Shown here: piece after piece, positions 1 to 10,065 of the stretch
How positions within the stretch are numbered: position 1 is the first letter of the stretch
Layout: each line of letters begins with the position of its first letter
From: Candidatus Omnitrophota bacterium
GTDB taxonomy: Bacteria; Omnitrophota; Gorgyraeia; DAOVKU01
Direction: 5' to 3'
Length of the DNA stretch: 49,841 nt
Assembly (NCBI GenBank): GCA_030631665.1
Contig: DAOVKU010000001.1
Span: 1-49,841 of the forward strand
Notes under the pieces: generated by a model
The model's input: the letters and a program-made list of their open reading frames with translations, nothing else
What the model was told of the DNA's origin: nothing
The model's database searches: none
Translations under genes and position numbers: made by a program

Positions 1-345
1 GCCAAAGAGGGTAAGAGAAATAGTAACTATGGCCTGAGCATTATTTTTTCGCGTAAATTGAATAACAAACAGAATGAAAATAGCCAGAACTATAAAAAAA
101 AGTTCCCAGCCCTTTGTTAGTTGGAATTCTGCGAAAATAGTAAAGGGAATAGCGGTTGCAATAAGAATACCTGGTAGTTTAAGGGCGGAAATGCCTTTTC
201 TTTCGATTAATAAAAAAAATTCATATGTGCCCAAAGCGCAAAAAATAATCAACAGAGCCGCAAATGTCCATTTGGGTAAAATAAATAAGCTCAAAATAAA
301 AATCAAAGCCAGCACTAAAGAACTAATGAAACGCCTATAAAACAT
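1..345 (-). CDS. cdsA: phosphatidate cytidylyltransferase, N-terminal part (3' end runs off the window)
   Basis: Absent from the ORF track because it is open at the window edge. ATG is the complement of 343-345. Translation MFYRRFISSLVLALIFILSLFILPKWTFAALLIIFCALGTYEFFLLIERKGISALKLPGILIATAIPF... is a multi-TM CdsA-like N-terminus. It lies directly downstream of uppS, the conserved uppS-cdsA pairing. Confidence 0.7.
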   Translation of the reverse strand, partial: MFYRRFISSLVLALIFILSLFILPKWTFAALLIIFCALGTYEFFLLIERKGISALKLPGILIATAIPFTIFAEFQLTKGWELFFIVLAIFILFVIQFTRKNNAQAIVTISLTLFG

Positions 346-425
346 TTCTATTAAACCCCACACATTTAAAACTAAATTCAATCACAGAATTTACATCCTT
401 TTCTGTTTTAAATTCTCATCTTATT

Positions 426-1145
426 TTATTTAACTTTACCAAAACGCCTCTCTCTGGTTTGATAAGATTCTAATGCCTTGCGAAAATCTTGTTTGCCAAA
501 AGAAGGCCACAATTTTTTGGTAAAATATAATTCAGTATATGAAATTTGCCATAAAAGAAAATTAGACAGTCTCATTTCTCCGCTGGTTCTAATTAAAAGA
601 TCTGGATCCGGCAAATCGGCTGTATAAAGATAAGAAGAAAAAACCCACTCATTTAAATCTTCTATCTTGATATTATTTAAAACTGCGTCCTTTGCAATTT
701 TTTTAGCTGCATCAATAATTTCCGGTCTTCCACCATAACTCAAAGCCAAATTCAAAATCAATTTTGAATTATCTTTAGTTTCATCTATAAGTTTGGTTAT
801 TTCTTTTCTAACAGCCTGAGGAAAATCAGACAATCTACCAATAACATTCAAACGCATATTGTGTTTTAAGAAGTCTTTTCTCTTTTTGATTAAATATTCC
901 CGGAGTAATTTCATCAAACCGTCGATTTCTTTTTGGGGACGATTCCAATTCTCAACACTAAAGGTATAAAGCGTTAAAATTTTAACCCCCAACTTTAAAG
1001 CCTCATCAACTACTCGGTTTATTGCCTCTACGCCTGCGCGGTGACCCATAAAACGAGGCAAGCCTTTTTTTCTTGCCCAGCGTCCATTGCCATCCATAAT
1101 AATAGCTACATGGGTTGGAATATTTTTTCTTTCCATTTCTGTCAT
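426..1145 (-). CDS. uppS: undecaprenyl (di-trans,poly-cis-decaprenylcistransferase) pyrophosphate synthase
   Basis: 239 aa. Has the HVAIIMDGNGRWA motif, ENWNRP, and RTSGEMRLSNFLLWQ with a YTELYF tail, all typical of cis-prenyltransferases. Confidence 0.93.
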   Translation of the reverse strand: MTEMERKNIPTHVAIIMDGNGRWARKKGLPRFMGHRAGVEAINRVVDEALKLGVKILTLYTFSVENWNRPQKEIDGLMKLLREYLIKKRKDFLKHNMRLNVIGRLSDFPQAVRKEITKLIDETKDNSKLILNLALSYGGRPEIIDAAKKIAKDAVLNNIKIEDLNEWVFSSYLYTADLPDPDLLIRTSGEMRLSNFLLWQISYTELYFTKKLWPSFGKQDFRKALESYQTRERRFGKVK

Positions 1146-1270
1146 ATCTTACAACTAAACCCCCTTAGAGAATTATCTCTAAGGAAATGCCATAATGGTG
1201 GCAATAAATTGCTATCATAGTTTATATGTTTAGTTCGCCGCCGACTTAATCGGTGGTTTTCTCTAACGGG

Positions 1271-1303
1271 GTAAACTAAAGGGGGATATAAAAATATCCC
1301 CCT
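1271..1303 (-). terminator. rho-independent terminator candidate after the OmpA-like gene
   Basis: Perfect 10-bp palindrome AGGGGGATAT-AAAA-ATATCCCCCT at 1280-1303. On the minus strand it is followed by TTTAGTTTAC, about 30 nt after the stop at 1333. Confidence 0.55.
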
Positions 1304-1332
1304 TGAATCAACCACTTTTACTCATTTAAAAA

Positions 1333-1962
1333 TTACTTAACTTTCGGTTGAGCTGATCCCCCACCGCTTCCAAGCAAATGAGGTTTTATAATAATTTCTA
1401 CACGTCTGTTTTTCTGCTTTCCCTTGGCAGTCTTATTAGTGGCAATGGGCCGATACTCACCACAACCTGTAGCTGAAACTCTTTGGGGATTTAATCCTTC
1501 TTTGTTAACTAAATAATGCAACACGCTTAGAGCACGTGCAGTAGAAAGCTCCCAATTCGATTTCCAGCCAGAATATTTTATGGGAACATTGTCAGTGTGA
1601 CCCTCAATTGAAATATCATTATCTACGTTCTTTAAAACAGAAGCGACTTTATCCAGGGATTGCAAACCTCTTTCTTTAATTTTTGCCTTCCCGGAATCAA
1701 AAAGTACCTCGGCTACAAAAGTAACTACAATGCCCCTATCCTGCTGTTTAACAGTAACATCTCCCCTTGCAATCTCTTTTCTCAATTGCTGTCGAAGCAA
1801 AGCCATGGTCCGATTCATTTCCTCCAGCTCTTTATTTAATTCCTGAATTTTTTCAACATCTTGAGGAAGGCGTTTCTGGAATTTCACAGCACACCCGCAA
1901 ATAAAAGGTATAATCAAAAGCATTATTAAAATTCGTCCCAGCTGATAAAAACCCTTTCGCAT
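1333..1962 (-). CDS. OmpA/MotB-family peptidoglycan-associated protein with N-terminal TM/lipobox-like segment and coiled coil
   Basis: 209 aa. Has an N-terminal hydrophobic segment (IIPFICGCA) and the C-terminal OmpA_C signature: IEGHTDN, SNWELSTARA, NRRVEI. Strong SD AAGGAGG lies 7 nt before the ATG. Confidence 0.85.
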   Translation of the reverse strand: MRKGFYQLGRILIMLLIIPFICGCAVKFQKRLPQDVEKIQELNKELEEMNRTMALLRQQLRKEIARGDVTVKQQDRGIVVTFVAEVLFDSGKAKIKERGLQSLDKVASVLKNVDNDISIEGHTDNVPIKYSGWKSNWELSTARALSVLHYLVNKEGLNPQRVSATGCGEYRPIATNKTAKGKQKNRRVEIIIKPHLLGSGGGSAQPKVK

Positions 1963-1980
1963 AATAAACCTCCTTTTTTA

Positions 1981-2033
1981 ATGACCCCGAAGCGTCGGGG
2001 GAATTAAATCCGCCTAAGGCGAATAAATTCGGC
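1981..2033 (+). repeat. mosaic module family 5 (ATGACCCCGAAGCGTYGGGGGAATTRAATCC...), copy 1
   Basis: Sequence is atgaccccgaagcgtcgggggaattaaatccgcctaaggcgaataaattcggc. It abuts the SD of the OmpA-like gene. Confidence 0.75.
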
Positions 2034-2127
2034 TATACAATTTATGTTTCAGTCAAAGGCTCCTGTCCGCCGTGGCGGAGATCCATCCTCTGACGGGCAT
2101 TTCACTCTATAAATCGCAACTTTGTTT

Positions 2128-2156
2128 ATATTATCAAAATTAATCTAATATGTCAA
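2128..2156 (-). promoter_or_regulatory. sigma70-like promoter for the OmpA-like gene
   Basis: Minus strand reads TTGACA (complement of 2151-2156), a 17-nt spacer, then TAATAT (complement of 2128-2133). This predicts a structured 5' UTR of about 155 nt. Confidence 0.55.
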
Positions 2157-2224
2157 TTTTTAACACTGGATTTGCCTAGAGAAAAAATTGTTAGACTATT
2201 ACAGGTATTAATTGATAACATCTG

Positions 2225-4411
2225 CTATTTAAAAAAAATAGGACAAATCGGAAATAAAGAAGCAAACAATAATGATATTACCGACATTAACTTTATTAAA
2301 ATATCCAAAGACGGGCCAACTGTATCTTTTAACGGATCGCCGAATGTATCCCCAATTACGCCGGCAGCATGCGCTTGCGAACCTTTACCGCCAAAGTTAC
2401 CTTCTTCAATATATTTTTTGGCATTATCAAGCGCACCTCCGGTGTTAGCACATTGGATGGCCAGATGAATAGCTGACAATAATGCCCCTATCAAAAAACC
2501 TACCAGAACCGAACGCCCGAGCACAAAACCAATAATCAACGGAGAAAATAAAGCTATAAAAGCAGGCATAACCATCCTTTTTAAGCTTTTAGTTGAAGCA
2601 ATGGAAATACACCTGTTATAATCCGGTAATTCTTTGCCTTCTAATATACCTGGCTTTTCTTTGAACTGTTTCCTGATTTCATTTATCATAGCGTGAGCAG
2701 TATCAGCTACCGATGAAACCAACAATGAAGAAAAAACATATGGAACCATAGCTCCTAACATAAGGCCGGCAATAACATACGCTCCTACTTGCGGGCTTAT
2801 TAAATACACAACAGGCAAATTTACCTCCGCCGCTTCTCCGACTGAAGACCAGATATAGGCAGCGATTAAACCCAAGGCCGCAAAGGCCGCAGAACCAATG
2901 GCAAAACCTTTGCCGATAGCAGCCGTGGTATTTCCTATGGCATCCAAATTATCGGTAACTTTTCTGACAGAGTTATCCAAATTTGCCATTTGCGCAATAC
3001 CACCGGCATTATCAGCAATTGGCCCATAAGTATCGACCGAAACAGTCATTACTACAAATGACAACATACCTAAAGCAGTATAAGTAACAGCAGCCAGACC
3101 CCCTAAATGATGGGACACTATAGTAGCTACGGCAATGACAATAACAGGCCAGAAACAACTTTCCATTCCAAGGGCCAGGCCACGCGCAATAGAAACACCA
3201 GCTCCCTGCTGACAGGATTCAGCCAATTTCTGCACCGGTTTAAATCTGGAGGAAGTAAAATATTCGCTGATTATTCCTATCAAAACACCCGCCGCAATCC
3301 CTACTAAAACAGCCCAGAAAGGAACTAAATTAAAAGGCGAACCATATCTGACGATAAAAAAAGTGGCTATACCCGTCAATAAAGCGCTCAGCTTTGTTCC
3401 GTTCATAAGTGTTCGCTGTATATTCTCATTTTTTGATAACCTTACATATAATATGCCAATTAAAGAAGAAACAATGCCTCCGGCTACAATCATCAGCGGA
3501 AGCAGTATAATAGGCCAAAAATTAGCCGCATTAAAGTCGCTTATACCCAATTTACTCAATAAATTTCTACAGATATCCAAATTATGTCTACCAACAAAAG
3601 CATATAGCAAAATTACTATCACGGCAATTATAGCGCCCACAAATGACTCTAAAAGATCGGCGCCCAAACCACCTACATCCCCAACATTATCCCCAACGTT
3701 ATCTGCGATAACAGCGGGATTACGCGGATCGTCTTCCGGTATATTAACTTCTACCTTGCCAACTAAATCCGCAGCCATATCAGCCGCTTTGGTATAAATT
3801 CCACCACCCACGCGGTCAAAAAGTGCCACCAGGCTCGCTCCCATAGAGTAAGCGCTGACGATAACAGCAGCTTTAATAAAATTGATATTTCTACCTAAAA
3901 ATGAACTCACAAAAGGTACTTCAACATCTTCTATGCAAATACTGGCTGGTTGAAAATAACTTTTAAAAAGCCAGATAACAGCACAAAGCCCCAAAAGCGC
4001 TAATGATCCTACAGCCAATCCCATAACTGCACCGCCGGAAAAGGCTACACGCAAGGCAGGGGAAGATCCTTTTTTAGCCGCCTGTGTAGTTCTGACATTG
4101 GCATTAGTGGCCATATTCATCCCAATAAAACCAGCCAGTCCTGAGCAAAAAGCACCAATCACAAAACTAACCCCCACTTCCCAGCTCCATAATAACCAAA
4201 GAATGGCCGCCACTACAACAAGAACCACCACTATGGCCCTGGCTTCTTCTAACATAAAGGTCATAGCGCCTGAGCGGATAAAACCGGAAATTTCTTTCAT
4301 CCTTTGCGTGCCTACATCTTGCTTCATTATGTCATGAGCAAAAAATCTGGCTATCAACAGACCTACTACACACACAACAGCTGGAATACCTAAATAAATA
4401 ACTAGTTGCAT
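2225..4411 (-). CDS. hppA: membrane-bound pyrophosphate-energised cation pump, K+-dependent type
   Basis: 728 aa, polytopic. Has the DNVGDNVGD motif, GGxxxTKAADxxADLVGK and DTxGDPxKD. The GNTTAAIGKG motif has Ala rather than Lys at the position that marks K+-independent enzymes. Confidence 0.93.
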   Translation of the reverse strand: MQLVIYLGIPAVVCVVGLLIARFFAHDIMKQDVGTQRMKEISGFIRSGAMTFMLEEARAIVVVLVVVAAILWLLWSWEVGVSFVIGAFCSGLAGFIGMNMATNANVRTTQAAKKGSSPALRVAFSGGAVMGLAVGSLALLGLCAVIWLFKSYFQPASICIEDVEVPFVSSFLGRNINFIKAAVIVSAYSMGASLVALFDRVGGGIYTKAADMAADLVGKVEVNIPEDDPRNPAVIADNVGDNVGDVGGLGADLLESFVGAIIAVIVILLYAFVGRHNLDICRNLLSKLGISDFNAANFWPIILLPLMIVAGGIVSSLIGILYVRLSKNENIQRTLMNGTKLSALLTGIATFFIVRYGSPFNLVPFWAVLVGIAAGVLIGIISEYFTSSRFKPVQKLAESCQQGAGVSIARGLALGMESCFWPVIVIAVATIVSHHLGGLAAVTYTALGMLSFVVMTVSVDTYGPIADNAGGIAQMANLDNSVRKVTDNLDAIGNTTAAIGKGFAIGSAAFAALGLIAAYIWSSVGEAAEVNLPVVYLISPQVGAYVIAGLMLGAMVPYVFSSLLVSSVADTAHAMINEIRKQFKEKPGILEGKELPDYNRCISIASTKSLKRMVMPAFIALFSPLIIGFVLGRSVLVGFLIGALLSAIHLAIQCANTGGALDNAKKYIEEGNFGGKGSQAHAAGVIGDTFGDPLKDTVGPSLDILIKLMSVISLLFASLFPICPIFFK

Positions 4412-4435
4412 TTTTCTTTGTTCCTTTCAAATAAA

Positions 4436-5789
<1,354 letters not shown>

Positions 5790-5791
5790 CT

Positions 5792-5850
5792 AAAATTGGT
5801 TAATTGGTGATTCTTGCCCTCCTCGGGCGGACAGAGGTTAATTTACTCAT
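5792..5850 (+). repeat. mosaic module family 6 (AAAATTGGTTAMTTGGTSATT ... TTAATTTACYCAT), copy 1
   Basis: Sequence is aaaattggttaattggtgattcttgccctcctcgggcggacagaggttaatttactcat. It lies immediately upstream of the purA start. Confidence 0.65.
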
Positions 5851-5902
5851 CACTCACTTTTCACCAGTTACCAGTAATTCGAAGAATAGTCTTCGACTTA
5901 AG

Positions 5903-6853
5903 TTATTCATTAGTTGATTCTTCTAATTTCTGTATGGCTAGCTTAGTCCAGTAGTCCTCGGGGTTTCCAAGGCGGGCACGCTCTGCCCAGTGCTTAAGAG
6001 CAGCTTTCCTTCTACCTAATTCTTCGCAAATAAGCGCCAGATTAGTATGAGCACATAAGTAATTAGGATCAACTTCCAAAGCTTTTTGAAATTCCTCAAT
6101 AGCTTTTTCTGTCTTATTTAAATATCTGTAATAAATAACTCCTAAGTCATTATAAACTGTGGCATAATACGGGTCATGGGAGATGGCTTTCTTGTAATAT
6201 TTAATGGCCTCTTTGTATTTTTTATCTACTTGATACCGATAACCTTTCTGCCGTAATTGCACAGCTTGCTTGGAAGGCTGATAAGCCGCTAAAGAAACAG
6301 GTAATACGGAAACCGGAAGCAGTTTTTCTTCCGCAATCTCAACTATAGTAATATCTTCTTTCTGCGGTAAAGACAGAATGGCTTGCGGCTTGAGAAGAAA
6401 TTGTTTTTTACTGACTTTTTTCTTGAGCTTTTTCTTTTTTAATTTAACCGCCCCTGACTTAGCCAGTGTTAAAAGATAAATATCACCATCACGTGAAAAT
6501 TCATAACCAACAGGCTCTGTCAGCTCAATTATCCAGAAATCAACTCCGTAGTAATCTTTATCTCCGGCGGAACTTTTTACAACTTTGATTTGTTCAATGG
6601 CTCCACTATGTACAGAAATATTTTCTTCTATATCGGTGAAACTATCTCCGATAATATCTATTATTATCTGGGGTGGCTGAGGTATATCGTAGGCAATCAA
6701 TTGAGGTTCTCCTTTTGTTTTAAATATTATCTCAATCGTATCTGCCTTTTTCTCAACACTGATGTCATTTATTTTATTCTGCAGCGCTTCAGCAGCGCTT
6801 ACTACAACTGCCAAAAACAGCAGGCAACTCAAAACAATAAAAACCTTTTTCAT
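5903..6853 (-). CDS. secreted AMIN-domain / TPR-repeat protein
   Basis: 316 aa. Has a signal peptide (LFLAVVVSAAEA) and an AMIN-like N-terminal beta domain (PQIIIDIIGD). A K-rich linker follows, then C-terminal TPR repeats (YYKKAISHDPYYATVYNDLGVIYY..., ALEVDPNY). Confidence 0.65.
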   Translation of the reverse strand: MKKVFIVLSCLLFLAVVVSAAEALQNKINDISVEKKADTIEIIFKTKGEPQLIAYDIPQPPQIIIDIIGDSFTDIEENISVHSGAIEQIKVVKSSAGDKDYYGVDFWIIELTEPVGYEFSRDGDIYLLTLAKSGAVKLKKKKLKKKVSKKQFLLKPQAILSLPQKEDITIVEIAEEKLLPVSVLPVSLAAYQPSKQAVQLRQKGYRYQVDKKYKEAIKYYKKAISHDPYYATVYNDLGVIYYRYLNKTEKAIEEFQKALEVDPNYLCAHTNLALICEELGRRKAALKHWAERARLGNPEDYWTKLAIQKLEESTNE

Positions 6854-6868
6854 CGCTCACTCCCTTTT

Positions 6869-6925
6869 TATACAGAGGACAGATTTTTTTCTTTTCTGAT
6901 TTCTGTCTTCTGGCTTCTGTTTTTC
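6869..6925 (+). repeat. CAGA/TCTG-unit palindromic repeat family 2, copy 2
   Basis: Sequence is tatacagaggacagatttttttcttttctgatttctgtcttctggcttctgtttttc. It lies between the HMGL-synthase stop and the AMIN/TPR gene start. Confidence 0.8.
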
Positions 6926-8168
6926 AAGGATTCATAATGAAAATTTTCTTAGCTATATCCGGGTATTTAGCAATAAATAAAAGTTCGTCTTCAACCAAAG
7001 GTTTCTGAGTATGTACATTGGCATAGCGTACAAGTTCAAGGATTTTGGCTGCTTCTTTCTCATCCTTAAACTTAATCTTTAGTCTTTCATAAACATTTCT
7101 AAAACCCTTGATGCCGCTATATTCTCCGGCCGTTATCTTTCTTCCGGTTTCAATGGTTTCCGGCTCACCCCTACCTAATTTCTCAAAATCATATAATTCA
7201 TAATTACGCCTGTCTTTTAAAGCTCCGTCTGCATGAATTCCAGATTCATGGGCAAAAGCATTGGCCCCTACCCCGGGTTGATTTATGGGAACAGGCACTC
7301 CAAAAGCATAAGCGACATATTTTGAAATTTTCCATGCCTTGTTCAATTTTATTCTTTCATCAAGCAAATTTCTATCTTTCAAGCCGCTTGCATACTTGAG
7401 AGCCAGAATAACCGAAACTAAATCGGCATTACCTGCCCTCTCGCCCATGCCGTTAACGGTAGTATTAATAAAAGCATCCTGTCCGGCATCAATTGCCGCT
7501 ACCGCGCCAGCCACACTGGTAGCTATCACCATCCCTAAGTCGTTGTGGCAATGTATTTCTATAGATACGGGTACCTTTTTAGCCAAATTTTTAATTCTCC
7601 TGTAAATAGTAAAAGGGTCGTCAAAACCCAGCGTATCACAATAGCGAATTTTATCTGCACCGTGTTCCTTGGCTGCTTTGGCAAACTTTATCAAATAGGC
7701 ATCGTCGGTTCTGGAAGCATCTTCTGCATTAACGCCTATGGTTTTAATGCCTTTCTTTTTGGCTAAATCAACGGCGTCGGTCATCATTTTTATTATGTCT
7801 TTTCTGCCTTTTTTGCCCAAAAATTTACCCTGAATCATCTGTTTAGAAGTAGAAATGGAAAGGTTTAAATGTCTTATATGGGTACGGGAAGTTGCATTTT
7901 CAACATCTTTTGTGATAGCCCTCACCCAACCCTCGAGTATCATTGGTTTAAGTACACCTCTCCTGGCAAGCTCCAGATTGGCATTGATATAATTCATTTC
8001 ATGTTTGGTCATCGGAAAACCTATCTCGCTCTGATAAACACCCATCTCATTGAGGTATAAATTAATCAGGGTTTTCTGTAGTTTGGCCAGTCCTAACCGT
8101 GAGGTCTGCACGCCGTCACGATTGGTTACATCAAGTATATATATTTTATTTTTCTTTTTAGTTTTCAT
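6924..8168 (-). CDS. HMGL-like family synthase (2-isopropylmalate / homocitrate / citramalate / Re-citrate synthase family); substrate not assignable
   Basis: 414 aa. Has DVTNRDGVQ, HCHNDLGM, TVNGMGERAGNA and HESGIH motifs of the DRE-TIM metallolyase fold. It lacks a LeuA regulatory domain. Confidence 0.75.
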   Translation of the reverse strand: MKTKKKNKIYILDVTNRDGVQTSRLGLAKLQKTLINLYLNEMGVYQSEIGFPMTKHEMNYINANLELARRGVLKPMILEGWVRAITKDVENATSRTHIRHLNLSISTSKQMIQGKFLGKKGRKDIIKMMTDAVDLAKKKGIKTIGVNAEDASRTDDAYLIKFAKAAKEHGADKIRYCDTLGFDDPFTIYRRIKNLAKKVPVSIEIHCHNDLGMVIATSVAGAVAAIDAGQDAFINTTVNGMGERAGNADLVSVILALKYASGLKDRNLLDERIKLNKAWKISKYVAYAFGVPVPINQPGVGANAFAHESGIHADGALKDRRNYELYDFEKLGRGEPETIETGRKITAGEYSGIKGFRNVYERLKIKFKDEKEAAKILELVRYANVHTQKPLVEDELLFIAKYPDIAKKIFIMNP

Positions 8169-8391
8169 TTTTTTGCTCCTTCAATGAGTATATAATTTAC
8201 GGAAACGTAAATTGTGTGATCGAATTAACCCCGCCCTTTTGGCAAAAAATAAAATTATTTATCCTTTTTATATGCTTTGGGATAAAAGAATGCGCCTATA
8301 TTTATACGTTTTACCCCAGCCAAAAGAGCGAGGTAAGCTCAGCCATCAAACTTACAAATATTTCACTTCGTAAGTCTGGAATTCATTCATT

Positions 8392-9972
8392 CTACAACTT
8401 TATCAGTTTGGCGTCCAGAATATTCTTTGACCGTAAAATTTCATCAATAACTGCCTGAGATACCGGATTATCTATATTCAAAACACTAATAGCCTTTCCA
8501 CCTTGCTTAAGGCGTCCAAAAGTCATACCGGCTATGTTTATATTCTGCTTTCCGAGAATGGTCCCAATCTGGCCCACTATGCCCGGAACATCTATATTGT
8601 GCATGATCAACAGGAGTCCTTCAGGAACAGCTTTAACATAGTATTCATCAATTTTTACAATTCTGGGTTCTGTTTTCGTAAATAAAGTTCCACACACTTG
8701 AGTCTCTTTTTTATCTGCCTTCACCTGAATTCTTATCAAGTTAGTAAAATCCTGCGAAATCGACTCTTTGCTGTCAATTATCTTTATACCCCTCTCTTTA
8801 GCGATTACCAGAGCGTTAACTAAATTAATGCCGGATTCCAAAATAGGTTTGAGGATGCCTTTAACAATGGCGATTGTTAATATCTTGCTATCAAAATTTA
8901 AAATCTCTCCGGAATAAGAAATTTTCAACTCTTCAATTTTATTATCAATGAGCTGACCGGCCAGAGAACCTAATTTTTCGCAAAGCTGCATATAAGGTTC
9001 TAAGTCCTTTGAAAGTCCTGGTTCAATTGTTGGAATATTAAGAGCATTAACAACAGGACCTCCGGTTAAAGCATCAATAACCTGCCTGCAAATGTCCACC
9101 GCCACCTTTTCCTGAGCTTCTCCTGTTGAAGCACCAAGGTGCGGAGTAACAACTACATTATCCCTTTCTATGAGGGGGCTTTTTTCCGGCGGCTTGGCTT
9201 CATAAACATCCAGAGCCGCACCGACCACCTTACCGCTCTTCAAGGCTTCATTAAGCGCCTTATCGTCTATAATTCCACCCCGGGCACAGTTGATTATACG
9301 CACGCCGAATTTCATCAATTTAAATTCTTTTTCTCCGATAAGATGTTTTGTTTTCTCAGTCAATGGGGTGTGCACAGTAATATAATCTGAAACTTTAAAC
9401 AAACCTTTAAGGTCTGTCAATTCCACTTTTAATTGCCTGGCTCTTTCCACGGAAAGAAATGGGTCATAGGCAACTATTTTCATGCCAAAAGAAAGAGCCC
9501 TTTTTGCCACTTCGGTTCCTATTCTTCCCAACCCAATTATACCAAGCGTCTTACCATAAACTTCGATTCCCATAAATTTTTTTCTATCCCACTGCCTGTT
9601 TTTTAAAGAAGCGTGTGCCTGGGGAATATTTCTGGAAAGCGATAAGAGTAGGGCCATGGTTTGCTCTGCCGTGGATATGGTATTGCCGCCGGGAGTATTC
9701 ATAACAATTATCCCCTTGCGGCTGGCAGCATCAACATCTACATTATCTACACCGGTTCCGGCCCTGCCTATAATCTTTAAGTTGTCAGCGGCTTCAATTA
9801 TATCTTTGGTCATCTTGGTGCCGCTCCTTATAATAATGGCCTCGTAATTTTTAATCTCTTTTTTTAACTCTTCTGGCGGCATTTTTGGTTTTACTACCAC
9901 CTGAAAATCTTTTTTTTCTTTAAAAAATTTCAAACCCTCTTCCGAAAGGGGATCACTAATTAAAACTTTCAT
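8392..9972 (-). CDS. serA: D-3-phosphoglycerate dehydrogenase (long form with ASB and ACT domains)
   Basis: 526 aa. Has the GLGRIG NAD-binding motif, the 2-hydroxyacid dehydrogenase catalytic region and a C-terminal ACT domain (DVPGIVGQIGTILG). SD GGAGG lies upstream. Confidence 0.92.
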   Translation of the reverse strand: MKVLISDPLSEEGLKFFKEKKDFQVVVKPKMPPEELKKEIKNYEAIIIRSGTKMTKDIIEAADNLKIIGRAGTGVDNVDVDAASRKGIIVMNTPGGNTISTAEQTMALLLSLSRNIPQAHASLKNRQWDRKKFMGIEVYGKTLGIIGLGRIGTEVAKRALSFGMKIVAYDPFLSVERARQLKVELTDLKGLFKVSDYITVHTPLTEKTKHLIGEKEFKLMKFGVRIINCARGGIIDDKALNEALKSGKVVGAALDVYEAKPPEKSPLIERDNVVVTPHLGASTGEAQEKVAVDICRQVIDALTGGPVVNALNIPTIEPGLSKDLEPYMQLCEKLGSLAGQLIDNKIEELKISYSGEILNFDSKILTIAIVKGILKPILESGINLVNALVIAKERGIKIIDSKESISQDFTNLIRIQVKADKKETQVCGTLFTKTEPRIVKIDEYYVKAVPEGLLLIMHNIDVPGIVGQIGTILGKQNINIAGMTFGRLKQGGKAISVLNIDNPVSQAVIDEILRSKNILDAKLIKL

Positions 9973-9987
9973 ATAAATTCCTCCATT

Positions 9988-10062
9988 TATACAGAAGTCA
10001 GAAAACAGAAATCAGAAAACAGAAAAGAAAAAAAATCTGTCATCTGTCATTTGTCATCTGTT
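9988..10062 (-). repeat. CAGA/TCTG-unit palindromic repeat family 2, copy 3 (inverted)
   Basis: Sequence is tatacagaagtcagaaaacagaaatcagaaaacagaaaagaaaaaaaatctgtcatctgtcatttgtcatctg. It is the reverse complement of the copy 1/2 layout and lies between the aminotransferase stop and the serA start. Confidence 0.8.
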
Positions 10063-10065
10063 TAA

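Noticed and set aside
74-340. 88-aa plus-strand ORF at the window start
   Set aside because: It lies antisense to a convincing open-ended cdsA N-terminus (complement of 1-345) that follows uppS. It has no SD, and the composition is that of an antisense translation.
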